The notes under the pieces are model-generated. The model was not told the origin of the DNA, did no database searches, and worked only from the letters and a program-made list of their open reading frames with translations. Position numbers and translations under genes: made by a program. A DNA stretch of 63,877 nt, counting the filler, from Choristocarpus tenellus KU-1152 (Eukaryota; Protista; Phaeophyceae), in the NCBI GenBank assembly GCA_964200185.2. It is 10 parts of 10 records of this genome, joined end to end, with 100 filler letters (N's around TTAATTAATTAA, not from the genome) between each part and the next. Parts side by side here need not be neighbours in the genome. Positions count along the whole stretch, not along the records: positions 49,441 to 57,675 come from CAXNAD020004957.1; positions 57,776 to 61,244 come from CAXNAD020019819.1; positions 61,345 to 63,877 come from CAXNAD020026995.1; 7 more parts are not named here. One strand, written 5' to 3'. Every line of letters starts with the position of its first letter. The first letter of the stretch is position 1. Positions 49,676-62,213 of the stretch are shown here, in pieces.

Positions 49676-52600
49676 CTATTACTTTGAGAGTGGTGACGGA
49701 CACCAACAGGACAACAAGAAGGGTGACAATACATAATGAGACCTCAGCCTATATAGGTAGAAATTCAGTGACTTGACTCAAAGAGTGTCACCAGTCTGCG
49801 TATGTAAGCTCATTGTATACTCAACACTGACTTTACTCTTTCTTTGATTGTGTATACTACCTGCGATCATGTCATATAGGTTTGACCAATTACTTCGGAC
49901 AGAGCTCGGAATATCCACAGGTAGTCCCTTCTGGAGGGTCAGTCAGGACGGTATACTTCAATTGGTGAGGAAAAATGCAGGACCTATTTCGAAGAGATGT
50001 TTCACAGAGACGATTAAGGTAAATAGTGCATCTCTAAGGAGTGGATTATGAGTATCTGGCATTGACGCTGTTATGCCTTGGGGGTCTGGGCTGCCTGTGG
50101 GAGATGCTCACTATCTTGCTGGAGTGACTCCTTCCAATAACTAACTAGTTCGAGTTCATAAATCATATCTAAGTCTCTGCTGTGTAGTATCTACCCAAAC
50201 CACATGATAGGCTAAGGAGACTAAAAAAATGCCTATGATTGTTCTGATTAATTCAATTCTCACCACTGACATCACCTTAAGCAAGGTTGGGATATGGCAT
50301 CCACCGATGTCTGAGTTGTCATTACCTTGGCATTATTCAAGGAATGTACTCTGGAGTATGCAAGCAGCTGAAGGTATCGCACGGCCATTATTAAACAAAC
50401 AGACAACACAAGTAGTGGGGATATATACATATATATATATGTACTGGAATTTCTCAAAGCTTTTTCTGGTGATCTGCACAAAGCCGCTTGCATTCCACAA
50501 ACTATAGCTCACTCCTTCACAATACACATTGCACCAATATCCTTCCTGTCCATGACATCCAATAAAGAGGCTACGTTTAATATTTCCCAACTACAGAAGC
50601 ATCTGCCAAATTTTTATGTGAAGAAACCTAATACTCCAACCATTGTTAACTGCACAAGATTTGTCGAAACATCTAGGCACATACTCCAGCATAATATATT
50701 CTTCGTTGTTCTTTGGACTTCCAGGGGTGCCTTTCCTTCAACCACTTCACATCTTTCCCTAACTATAGCATATTCACATAATTCAAAGTTTAATTATTTC
50801 TTCTCTGAAAAATATACTGTTGCTGATAATGCTGTCACTCACCACCTTTGTGCGACCTCTCCATTTAATGTTCTAATATATTATCAAAAGGGTCTGTGAC
50901 CGGTCACTTAGATATAGTTTAGGATCCACAAGGCAATATGAAATCCATTTTCCACTTCTACAGATACACGCTGACAGCAGAGAGGGTTCATTTATCCCCA
51001 TTCTATCTTCTCACTATCGCCTCCTCTCTTGCTTCGACCTGCTACAATAAACAAGGACATTGTGTTACATTCATGTTGTGCCTCACTCGTAACAACGTTC
51101 GGGTATGTAAATCAGTATGAAGTTTTAGAAAGGTGTAATTATTTTTCCATATGGCACTGAATTGCAAATGGTTGTGTTACGAAAAAGCAGGTTGCACGCA
51201 TTGAACGCACCAGTCTTGTGTTGGAACAGGAAAGAGCTTGATAATAGTTTTCCTAGCCGAAAATTGAACAAACGGCAACAAGATGCATTTCCATTAAATT
51301 CAAAAGTTTTCAACGCCTAGGGCTGCCCTCTTACAACTTCTCATTGCAATACCTTTTGCTGGACTGAATGCAAGACAAAAATTTAGTATTTGAGAGTCTT
51401 CACTAGCCGAAACATCCCTTCAATAGGCCAACCCAAACTCAAAATACTAGAATACATATACACTGTTCGTTGCCGGGCTATTATAGTCATCATAAACTTT
51501 TAGTGTTGGTGCTCCTGAGATATCAACAAAGTATCCTTAGTTAGTGTTAGTGTATCTTTCAATTAGATGACCACCATCATAGTACCCCAATATTTTTTTA
51601 CTTTAGATATAGTGTCATTGCAAATGCATGCTATGTTCGAAATGCTCTCCAAAGTAAGACTCGTACTGCTCCATCTCCTCTCTATCATATACAGCTTCGA
51701 GCTTCTCCTCATGCCCTCCACGAGACATTGTGCGAAGTGTCAGGGACCAAAGCAATAAATGCCTATCGGATTCATGCCCTGAAGCAGCTAGTGAGGTGGA
51801 AGAGCTCCTTGGTGGACATAAAAAGAAACGTCAGGGTGTGTTTTCCTTGGTTCCAAACCTATCTCAAGTGTTGCAAATGCTAGTTGACAAACAGTATGCT
51901 TTTTCACCATAACGTCTTCATCCACGCACAAGATGTGGTTCTTAACGACTTTCTTCACTATGCTATTCTGTTAGTCCTTTCCTACTAGTCTCTGGAAGAT
52001 CAAACGACCTGTCTGCTGTATTTTCGGCACCTGAAGGCATTTCGATTGGGTGTAATTGGGATGTGTGAAACTATGAGCGAAAGTATCTTAGAGGGTACGA
52101 TTTTTGCCCTGTTTGTCCATTTGGGGCTTGGCTTTCCACGGGGTTTTTTGTGACATTTTCCTACTCCAAAACATTTTGGAGTAGGTAAAATGTATACTTT
52201 ATAAACACTTGTGTCCAGAACAAGGACATTGACACTTCCTACCAAGCATGTAGCCAAAATTACATCAAAATTATTACATTGGGTTTTGGACCCCAAATGG
52301 ACGCGGCTCTACCCTCTAAGATACTTTGACTCTATTATCTTTGAACCATTTGCACTGAATGGGTCTGATGATATGTAGGAGGCAATACCGTCGAGTGTAG
52401 AGCTCTACTAGGACAATTGACTTTGGACTTTCACATGCACTATTCTTTCACATCTTACTTCAGCACGGTTGAGGAAGAAGGGACTCACTGGATAGTCCTC
52501 TTTGCTGTGTTTCCTCTTCTTTCAATTGTCCTTCACTGGCCTAAGTTGAACATATTTTATCATCTCTTCAACCGGAGTAGGATTAGAAAATTCTGGAAGG

Positions 52601-55600
52601 ACAGTGGCACTAGGACCATTCAAGACTAAATCACAATTAGATAATTGGACAATTTTCTTAGCTATGCCGTCTAATCAGTTAACATGTATGTCCATCTCAA
52701 GTCGGAGTAACAGCCAGCAGGCAAGATGGTGAGGTGTACCAAACCAACATGTACAATATCCTTCGTGCACCTTTATGAAGTGCCGCTTGTATTCTGCTCG
52801 TTTTGATTTGGACACTTCCGATAAGAAAACAAGATCAAAGGTACCTTTGATGTTGAGGTTCTGATGACAAGTAGATTATGTACATGACACAAATGCCTTG
52901 CAATACCCAATGCCCAGGTCTTGGAGGAGGCGGTTTGCAAGGAGGGGGAGCATTTGCGAACACTCGATAGGATACGAGAGGTGAATATTTAGAAGCAAGG
53001 AAGGAAGAGCTATGGTGGATGAACCAATTACGGAAGCGCTGTTTTGGGAGTTATATCATCTGAGCCTATATAAGTGATTTTCTTATTTACTTCTGATACA
53101 ATGGGAAACGATTAATCCCGTGGGTAATAGAACCACACCGTTGAAGTATATTCTACACTTGATCGTTTTGACTTTTTCCTCTAGGTATTGAGTCATGGTA
53201 CACTTTCAGAGTGGAGATGTAGTCTATACCAAGCATTGAAACATGAATCGAAGCAGATGCAAAGATCGCTGGCATTGACCACTACTCTTCTTTAATGTTC
53301 TTGCGTATTCCAAAACTTAGAGTCCAATTATTGATTATCAGTGCCTTGTTATAAATAAAATGCCTTATTAAGGGCATCCAATGATGGTAGTCAAGTAATT
53401 TTTATCTTGGAATACATCCTATTCTTGAGTATCATTATGGAATCCAGTTGACTATCAAACATTTGACATATTTTTTTTTGCTGTGAGGAATGGCCCTGAG
53501 ATGTTTGTAGATCCAATACTGGTCAAAGATAAACCTCCTTCCTCTTCACGTTAAATTCTTGTCACCTTCATTGAGACCTTGGCAATCGCCGAGCCTCAAA
53601 ATACAATCTACACTATGATATGATAATGATTTTAATTCATCACGTGTTTTATTCTCTTAGGTAACTGCACAACTGCATGCCATCCCCCCCAGACTGGATG
53701 GTCTGAAGTTAGACATGGTCAGGGCTGAGCTCTTGGTTGCAGAAAGGGAGGCAGACCGTTTGGCTGCAGATGTTGAGGTGTGAACTCTCCACTTGCACGG
53801 TGACCACCCCTTGCCCGGTACTATTAAGCAATGAGCAGAGGAATATCAGCAACAAGTATCTGCCACCACAGTTGCATTGGAAACATGTTTTGTCATGCAT
53901 CGACTGGCACTCAAATTAACTTCAAATTTTATTATTAGTGCAATTTCGAAGACCTAGCTAAAGCTGATATACGTCACAACATATCTTGTTTTTTACCTTA
54001 AAAGTTCAGTTATCTTGCTCAATCAGTTTGTACCTTTGGTATCCCCTGACTTTAATGACAGACTTGACAGTACTACTTAGTGGAATACGTAGTTTACAAA
54101 CGCATAAGTGATTCACACCGCACACCTTGTACACCCTGCAATGCACTACATCACGAAACTAATCCTTGTACAACACATACACATTGGATTATGTTACACA
54201 TGTAACAACACACAATTAAACTTCAGAGTGATTCTGCTTCTTTTTTTCCAATATTCATGGCACACAATACTAGACCACCACATTGGCATTATTGCTCGAG
54301 TTACAGTCATCTCTGCAGCAACATGTTCAATGATATTTTTTGGGTAGTTGGGTGTGACAGCATTATGATAGAGTATCACTTTGAGTAGTTGATGAGATAG
54401 AACTCTTGTATTGACATTGTGCACCTTAATCCGCACTATTTTTCATTTTGCTCCCTAGTCCACCTGTTGTTGTACTCTATTCTGTCGATGGGAACATCAC
54501 ATCACAGTATATCAGTAGACGCCCAAGATACCGAGATCTATCATGGCAGATCAATGGTGTGGCAGATGTATCGTGAACCTCAGTTCACAATATTTTCCAT
54601 CATGTTCTTTAACTCATTCGTTGTCGTATCTCCACTCTGTCGATGGGAACGTTTTATCACAGTGTATCAGTAAATTTGTGATTAAGTGTCACAGCACTAC
54701 ATGAAACGTACTCTGGTAGTAATTTTGCATGACCTATGAAACACTGTCATGGTCAGGATCTGGAGGTTGAAGATTATAATATCTTGGAGAAACTAAACCA
54801 ACTTGAGTCAGATATTCTCAAGTTGAATTGTGAGGTGGGTGGGGGAGGGGAAGGCGGCAGTGAATGTCTCCAGGAGAAGATATACAAGGTCGCATCTGAA
54901 CTTGCCAGGGCATCAATTGAGGTGATACACATTGACTGTGGTGACTCCCACCTTTCAGCTAGACATCGACTGTGTGTGTAGTGTATGTGGACGTTGGACA
55001 CTCATGTGTACAAACAAATATGTGGAGGGTACCAATTCTCTCTATATATCCCCTTCATTGATACCAGTGATCAAGTAAAGTTTGATTTGAAAAAGTTAAA
55101 GGTTTTCAAAGTTGATACCAAATTTTCAAACATAATATGAGGCTCAAAGTATCTGGGGAGGGGGGGGGGGGTCTACAGTAGGATGTCCATTTGGACCCTG
55201 ACCAAGAAAAGTGCACTTACATTATAAATCTGAAGCATGCGACCAAATCACCAAAAACCGTGACATGGAAAAATGGGCCCCGAATGGACAGCCACCCCAC
55301 CCCCCAGATACTTTGAGATATGAAGTAAGTTGCAAGGTTACAACTCACTATCTATTTGTGGGTAAGCACTCGTTCCCATAAATTAGAAGTTAGAAGGAGT
55401 GGGCAGGAATTACTTCTTTGTCACAATACTGCTCCTGAGCGATCGATGCCAGTGAATGTTGATAATAGTAGTAAAAATGATTATCAATAATACGGACATT
55501 GAAGTGGAAGGAGAATTATAGGGAAGTGCAATATCTTTGCCTAAAATGTAATATTGTTTGTCTTAATGATCAAAAGAAAAGATCAAGAGTGTTTGATGAA

Positions 55601-56256
55601 TTGACTCAAAACAGTACAATTCTTAAGTCAATTGAGGCATTCATGCAGGACACAAGGTGAGGCACACAAGACGCAAGGCTTCGTGAGGTGGCTCTGACGA
55701 TATGCGAAGCACTGAGAGGAATTTAGAAGCGAATTGCATGATGTGAATGCATGCGATAAAATAATCAACATATTGAAAAGTTTGGTTACAATAAAAATCT
55801 TCAATTAAACATATCTACTTGATACAGTTATCATGATTCACAAAACTACATCTAGATCATTCATTTTCCTGAATGTTGCTCTCCGTACATATTCCCTGCA
55901 TACATTAATGTACTATTAGCGCTAGCATGACTCTCCTATTACGTAGAGCATTTTTGTCTGGGGAAAGCATAACAAGTGTCCCCTACACACATTGTTTCGG
56001 TCAAATTATTTCAACTACCACCGTGGGCGGGCCTCTTGGTGATACCACAGGTGGAAGTGGAGAGTACGGCCTGCAAGGAAAAAGAGGGTCTCGTGGTGCA
56101 GTGGCGGCAGATACTGTCTGACTCAAAGGCTGAGCAGTGTAGACTGGAGGACAAGATTGCAGCATTGAGTAGGCGGTCTAGCACCATCAGGACCAAGAAG
56201 AGGAATTTAGAGGGAGAGGTACTGCAAGCCAAATCACAGCTTGGGTCCTGTGGCGG
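49676..56256 (+). CDS. Probable multi-exon coiled-coil protein, possibly divergent SMC-like. Candidate exons 49676-49756, 49880-50018, 52918-52980, 53693-53777, 54757-54921, 56051-56256 (chain incomplete)
   Basis: AG/GT-bounded open segments with heptad character (LDGLKLDMVRAELLVAEREADRLAADVE; QCRLEDKIAALSRRSSTIRTKKRNLEGEVLQAKSQL). LGISTGSPFWRVSQDGILQLV resembles the SMC Q-loop region. Not all phases reconcile. Confidence 0.45.
52075..52332 (+). mobile_element. MITE family A, full near-consensus copy
   Basis: GAGCGAAAGTATCTTAGAGGGTA...TACCCTCTAAGATACTTTGACTC; 3-bp TSD TAT. Confidence 0.92.
55141..55319 (+). mobile_element. MITE family B, full copy
   Basis: GGCTCAAAGTATCTGGGG...CCCCAGATACTTTGAG; 4-bp TSD ATGA. 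Confidence 0.9.
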
Positions 56257-57388
56257 GTAAGTACGAACAAACAAGTTATATTTATTGTGAGGAAACACTT
56301 TGCAGGATTTCTGTCCTTCCTCGCTTAGCCCAAATAATGCTGATAACCAAGAGTACTTCTACTCATGAAGATGCAAAGTTAGTCAAATAAGACTGAACAT
56401 CTATATGAAGACAATCTAACTTTGTCAAGAGATAATTTTATCTACATAATGTACAAGAGCTAGCTGATTCAGTGGCTTGCAAACGATGTCTTATGTGATC
56501 AAGGGATTTTTTGTTAAAGTGGTCACTAAGACCACACCAAATCTGAGTCAAGATACATCTCCCACATGGTATTGAATGAAAGGTGAAGCATTGTTTGGCG
56601 AGTGGTTATTTTGTTGATGAAATGTGTTTGAGTAGATCCTTTAAGGCACATTGCACAATTATCATAGCACACTTACATACTCCACCTTTCTTGGTCCATA
56701 TTGGAGCTGAACAGGACTTCATCCTGATTACAAGGCAAGTTCCCATGTGTACTGTCATACTGATGCAGAGCGCACACATAGACAAAAGAAGTACTTCAAA
56801 GTAGTAAAGAGGTATATATGAACAGATAGATCTGCATAACTCGTGCTAGTAGACGTGTACTACAGTAATACTGATCTGGTGCCAAAGTTTGAGTGTTGCC
56901 ATCGTAAACCCTTGGCAATACCATGGGTTAGAATCAACATCCCTAGCACCACAACCACCACAAGTGTTACATTGTATTTCCTGACTCGGAGATATGAGAT
57001 ACCTAGGCATACACATTCTAGTAACGAGAAGTCGTCTTGTTGTTGTGGCAAAGGTGAAGACATGCTGCCTGCAATTTCAAGGTTAAGACTAATATGAAGC
57101 ATAAATTTTCTTCCTCCACAGTAATCAAGTATCTTGCTCTACCATCTCAGTAGTAGGTAGTCCCTTATGTTCGGATTCTGGTGAACGTCTCGTTATGGTC
57201 AGCCATGGTCTTTATGGTTTGCTTGATACCATTGATTTCCTAGGCAAATGTGGAAAAGTTCAGGAATCATATTAGAACCACTTCGTTATCTCAAGAAACC
57301 TTTGCTTACAACTAGGCAATCCGAGTGTACTCTAGATTTTTCTACATTCGACTGAAATCCTGTGATTTTGAGATCACTAAAAAACAAC

Positions 57389-57675
57389 GGGTCATAGTAT
57401 CCTGGAGATGGGGATGTTTAGCTCAGGTTGTCCATTCGGGGCTTGATGAGATGTTGTAAAATAGAGCAGTTTGAAGCCTGTTTGCGAACGATATTCCTTT
57501 GAACTTGGTTCACGCAAGGGGATGGAAAAGGAAGGTGCGTTCAGATGAAGAAAATTGCCCTTGTATCTGACACATTTGCTCACATGACATGGAAATCGCA
57601 ACAGGGTCGCGCAGGCCCCCAACACCCTCTACGTTACTGAGTCAAATTATCTAAGAGGGTAGAGCCGCGTCCATT
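57389..57675. mobile_element. MITE family E (57389-57638) with a family A copy (57639 to gap) inserted in its terminal repeat
   Basis: GGGTCATAGTATCCTGGAG start; right TIR interrupted at ...TTACT by GAGTCAAATTATCTAAGAGGGT. Confidence 0.75.
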
Positions 57676-58990
57676 NNNNNNNNNNNNNNNNNNNNNNNNN
57701 NNNNNNNNNNNNNNNNNNNTTAATTAATTAANNNNNNNNNNNNNNNNNNNNNNNNNNNNNNNNNNNNNNNNNNNNCCCCCCAAGATACTTTGACCCATAG
57801 GTGACTGGAATTGCAAAGGAGAAATGGAGTAACCAGGAAATATGCACAGTAGCTTGGTATATTACCTCCTGGCTTGCACTCAATCGTTCAATTATTATTA
57901 TGGTAGATCTTATGGAGCACTTGGGAAAACTAGAGGTGAGAACCATTTCCAACCATTCGCCATTTCCAGCATGCGTACCTCATTCACTTGCAAGCCCTAT
58001 AGGTAGCTGAGCTCGGTGCTTGAACAATAAGGTGCAATACTACTACTGCTGCTCTGACAAATGTTGTACCGTTTTCTAATGTATTTTATCTTTTTCATCC
58101 ATGACAACATATTTTCAAAATGTCAGCGGGCCTAAATAGAAAAACGTGAACATTTACCAGTATTTCACCTATGTTCAGTATCCTGCAGAGGGTTCTCCTT
58201 GCCTCTTTAGTGATTTGTTGAGTTCTAAATGCTACTCCGGACCACTTCAAAGCAGGTTTTTCGTGCCATAAGTAGTAAACACACACACCCCATACTCATA
58301 TTTTGATGTTTGTGGATTAACATCGAAAATTAAACTATCTGGCCCTCAGACAGGGTTGTTCCTGGCATTCAACAGCATGGTTACACACTCGTGATATCTG
58401 CATGAGGTCCTTCCTGATATGTTGTCCAAAAAAGTGGTTTGGTTTTGGGACCGGGGTTTGTCACTGCGACACTTTTGCTGTACTTACTTTCTCAGAGTGT
58501 GTTATACAACACTAATTAAAATTTCTGTCCACTGAGTTTTCTTGCTCTAACTTGGGCCTCTTGGGCCTCTTGAGATTTTGCAAGGGGAATTAGACTACCT
58601 ACAAAATATTCCCAACATAACCCATTGCTACCTCCAACAACTCGGCATCTGGTTGGGACTTACCCTCACCTATCACAGTAATTTGAAGTACTACGTATGG
58701 ACTCAAGGCGCTCCTCATGTGGCCAAAATAGGAATGCTATGACGCACATTGAGAGGGAGGGCGAAACCAGTCGAATCATTTGTGAACACAACACACAAGA
58801 CAAAGCTAACTACAAACACGCATATCGAGGGCTATCCACAATGCCGCAGATTTGACTGGGATTGAATTTGTGAGCCCCTTTCTTCCAAACTTACCACCAA
58901 GGAACTAAGCATCCTTCCACCTACTACCACTCCCTTTCCGCTCAGTCGCAAATATATCATCAGTCTAGCACTCATATCCTTTAGGGAAAT

Positions 58991-59237
58991 GAGTCAAAGC
59001 AAGCAAGAGGTACCCAGGTTTCCCCATTTTTCATTTTAAGACAGTTTTTCAATATTGTGCAATCCATCCAAATTTTTATGGACGAAGTGCTAAGTTTGAG
59101 TTGAGAGCATTGATTTCTCTATCGTTTGAGACTTTTCCACAGAATTCAGAAAAGATCCCACATGCATCTGTATAAAAAGTCAAATTTTGGACATATTTGT
59201 CAGCATCCTTCTGGGTACCTCTCGCATATTTTGACTC
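58991..59237 (+). mobile_element. MITE family C, full copy
   Basis: GAGTCAAAGCAAGCAAGAGGTA...TACCTCTCGCATATTTTGACTC; 3-bp TSD AAT. Confidence 0.9.
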
Positions 59238-60496
59238 AATTGCAACTCAAGAAAGGACACAACCTGTTACCATGAAATCGAGCAGGCCAAGCTGAAGCAT
59301 GCGCCTCAGCTACTGAACCATAATATCCTACAGTAGGGTCGAGTTAAGCTCTAGAGAGTGTAAGAGGCTTCTAAAATCTTCTGCTGACACCTCTATTTCC
59401 ATGCCTGAAATGAAGCTAACCCCAATCAGGAGGCTGTGGGAAAAGAAAGCATGGATTCACCTTCCACAGTGCCACAAGCGCATGTGCCAGAAGTAAGCAC
59501 AGAGAACCCTAATGACAAGGGCACACCATTCTAGGTTACTTTTGGCTCATTGCTTGTCCTATTTCGGTCTCTGCAAAACACAGGTATCCCCACCCTCTTC
59601 GTAGCACAACAGATGCACAACTTATGTCATGGATACCAATCACCACAACACACTGGGTCTGTGAAGCCTGGATGTGTCATATAGCACCAATCCATATCCC
59701 GCCCAAAATGGCTGGTGTTTTTGGTACATCTTGCAGGTAGGTAAGTAGTTGCGATGAATGGCATTTTGAAGTACTCAGGGATTAGATCCCTAGTGACTAA
59801 TCTTGCTGGCCTCCAAAATCATTGGTAGGTGATCCCCCGTCAGTCTGTGGCAAGGGGATGCGAAGAATATCGGAGGAAGCACATGCAAATTTGACTAAGC
59901 GTGAGCTTTCTTACAAGTACTCCTTTTTCAATAACAGGCAATAGAAAACCACAAGAGGAATACCTGATCTGACTTTGATTACAACCATGCAGTTGTGTGT
60001 TGTAAAACTGATGGGAGGAACGAAACAATGCTTAACGTTTTCTCATAGTCGTTGAATGCATACTGGCCTACATACATGTTAATAGTTACAAACATATCTA
60101 TTTTATTATTATGCCCTCTGACATTTTGTAGATATGTCAGGGGGGAAACCAATGAAAACTATACACAATGTCAGTATAATCCCTAAAGAAATAAAATGTT
60201 ATAAATGTGAAAGACGCGTATCTATATGTTACTTTACCACTATGTTGTACTACTACTGCCTTCCTGTGTCTCCAATCTACCTATATCTGTACCCGTGGGG
60301 GAGGAGCCAGAGAGGCACATCTATCATTTCTGGTCCGTAAAATAATATCTTCTACATATAGAAATCAAAATAATAATGGTTGAAGGTTGGATGTTGAAAT
60401 GAGAAGATGGGAAACAAGGAGAAACTAAGGAGAATATTATTCAACAACCAACCCACGATACCACCATATAGCGTTCGCAGTCACCTCTAGGATGAT

Positions 60497-60818
60497 ACCA
60501 GTCTTGATTTTTTTGAAAGGGTTCTTGCCCAACCGCCCAACGAGTTAAACGACGATGAGCATATCAAATGAAACCTCTGGATCTAAGCTATCACTGGTGC
60601 AAAGGAATTGTTTCGGAAATGTTTTGGTAAAGTTAAATTGTAACCGAAAAGTTTCGCCACAACCTTAGAAATGTTCCGGTATGAATTATCAAGATCAAAA
60701 ATATTTTTCCAAAATAATTCCTTTGCACCAGTCGATAGCTTAGATGGAGAGCTTACATTTTAATATGCTCATCGTTAATTAACTTGTTGGGCAACCCTTT
60801 AAAAAAGTCAAGATTGGT
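60497..60818. mobile_element. Foldback (long inverted repeat) non-autonomous DNA element
   Basis: ~110-120-bp arms, e.g. CGATGAGCATAT...ATCTAAGCTATCACTGGTGCAAAGGAATT versus AATTCCTTTGCACCAGTCGATAGCTTAGAT...ATATGCTCATCG. Confidence 0.8.
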
Positions 60819-60869
60819 CACCACCAAAACGGTACGTGGGTGGACCTCGGCTTAATACTGTTTAAGCCA

Positions 60870-61100
60870 CTCACAGGACACGATTCTGGTTGAGCGTCTT
60901 GGAGGACACTGCTTCATGCTTCCAAAGTACCACTGCGAATTGAACCCGATAGAGATGGTCTGGGGACGGACGAAGCACCATGTACGAGGCCACTGTGACT
61001 ACACATTCCTTGAAAAATGAGAGCCAACATTCCTGTCGGTCTTAAGGAGGAAGGGGGACTATCCAGAGTAATTGTGGAGAGGTTCTTCAGGATGAGTATT
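60870..61100 (+). pseudogene. IS630/Tc1 (DDE_3-type) transposase C-terminal relic
   Basis: GHCFMLPKYHCELNPIEMVWGRTKHHVRGHCDYTF matches the LP-x-x-HCELNPIE-x-x-W motif; a stop or frameshift follows. Confidence 0.85.
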
Positions 61101-61456
61101 GCTTACCACCCGATATAATATTCCAACGAGAAAGGCACGGAGTGCTCCAAATTGGACAGGGTGTAGGGTCAAAGTATCTGGGGGGGGGGGTGTCAGCGTC
61201 CGTTTTTCACCCTTTATTCGATTTTCATTTTTTTGGTGTGATTTNNNNNNNNNNNNNNNNNNNNNNNNNNNNNNNNNNNNNNNNNNNNTTAATTAATTAA
61301 NNNNNNNNNNNNNNNNNNNNNNNNNNNNNNNNNNNNNNNNNNNNGCAAAACTCCTACCCTCTAAGATACTTTCACTCACCGTTCACTATAACATAGAGTA
61401 TCAATAGCGCAAAATGCAAAGCACTGTTTGACAAGCAAGATCCCATCATCAGGACC

Positions 61457-62213
61457 TCATCCAAACAACCTCTCCGTTTTCTTCCTTGTACTTGTGGTGT
61501 GCCATGAGTCTCCTCCTAAGCTCATCAAATCCCATCTCCCTCTCCACCTACTCTTCATATCCCCCTCATCCCTGGTCCCTTGGCATGCCCATCTGTGTGA
61601 AATCAGTGTAAGGGTCACTGTAGGAGGCTTCATGCAGACCAGCATCCGCTGTTCAATCAGTGTTGCCCTCCAACTCTCAAGGCCATCATATGAGTGAAGC
61701 ATATTTTGCAATATGCAGCAAGCGAAGAATATGGTATCTATCTTCTTCTTGTGCGAATATAGTAGCGGCACCTTGAGGATTCTGAAGCGACCCTTGACCC
61801 TTCCTTCCAAAAGAGGACTCGACATCCTTACGTACACTCTCCACTCGTTCGCTCCACCTTGCCTGTGCCTGTGAGACAGATGTCTTTAGGGGGCATATTG
61901 TGCACCTCCACTGCAAATGCAAAGATCGGGTTGGGCAAAGTACTGTTGACTTGCCAGTTTGATGAGCACTCTTTTTCACAGGAGCTAACCCTAACATAGA
62001 CATAGGCATGTTCAGTCACGTTTTCCCTGTCACCTTGTTGTAGCAGCCCCCATCGACAAGGACATAGATCCCTTTCTTTGTCTAACAGTTCCCGACGGAG
62101 TCCTTGACATTGTACTCCAGCTGTCTGTATGTGTGGCAATTCCTAAGTTTCTGGATAGCACCATCATATCGAATGATTGTCTTATCGTTTTTTGCTCCAG
62201 GAAACCCAGCAGT
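61457..62213 (-). pseudogene. PIF/Harbinger-type (DDE_Tnp_4/Plant_tran-like) transposase relic with a 123-nt spliceosomal intron (62033-61911)
   Basis: GFPGAKNDKTIIRYD...YVLVDGGCYNK/WRCTICP...WSERVESVRKDVESSFG..VKGRFRILK...IDTIFFACCILQNML; frameshifted; 5' part replaced by unrelated sequence from 62214. Confidence 0.85.
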
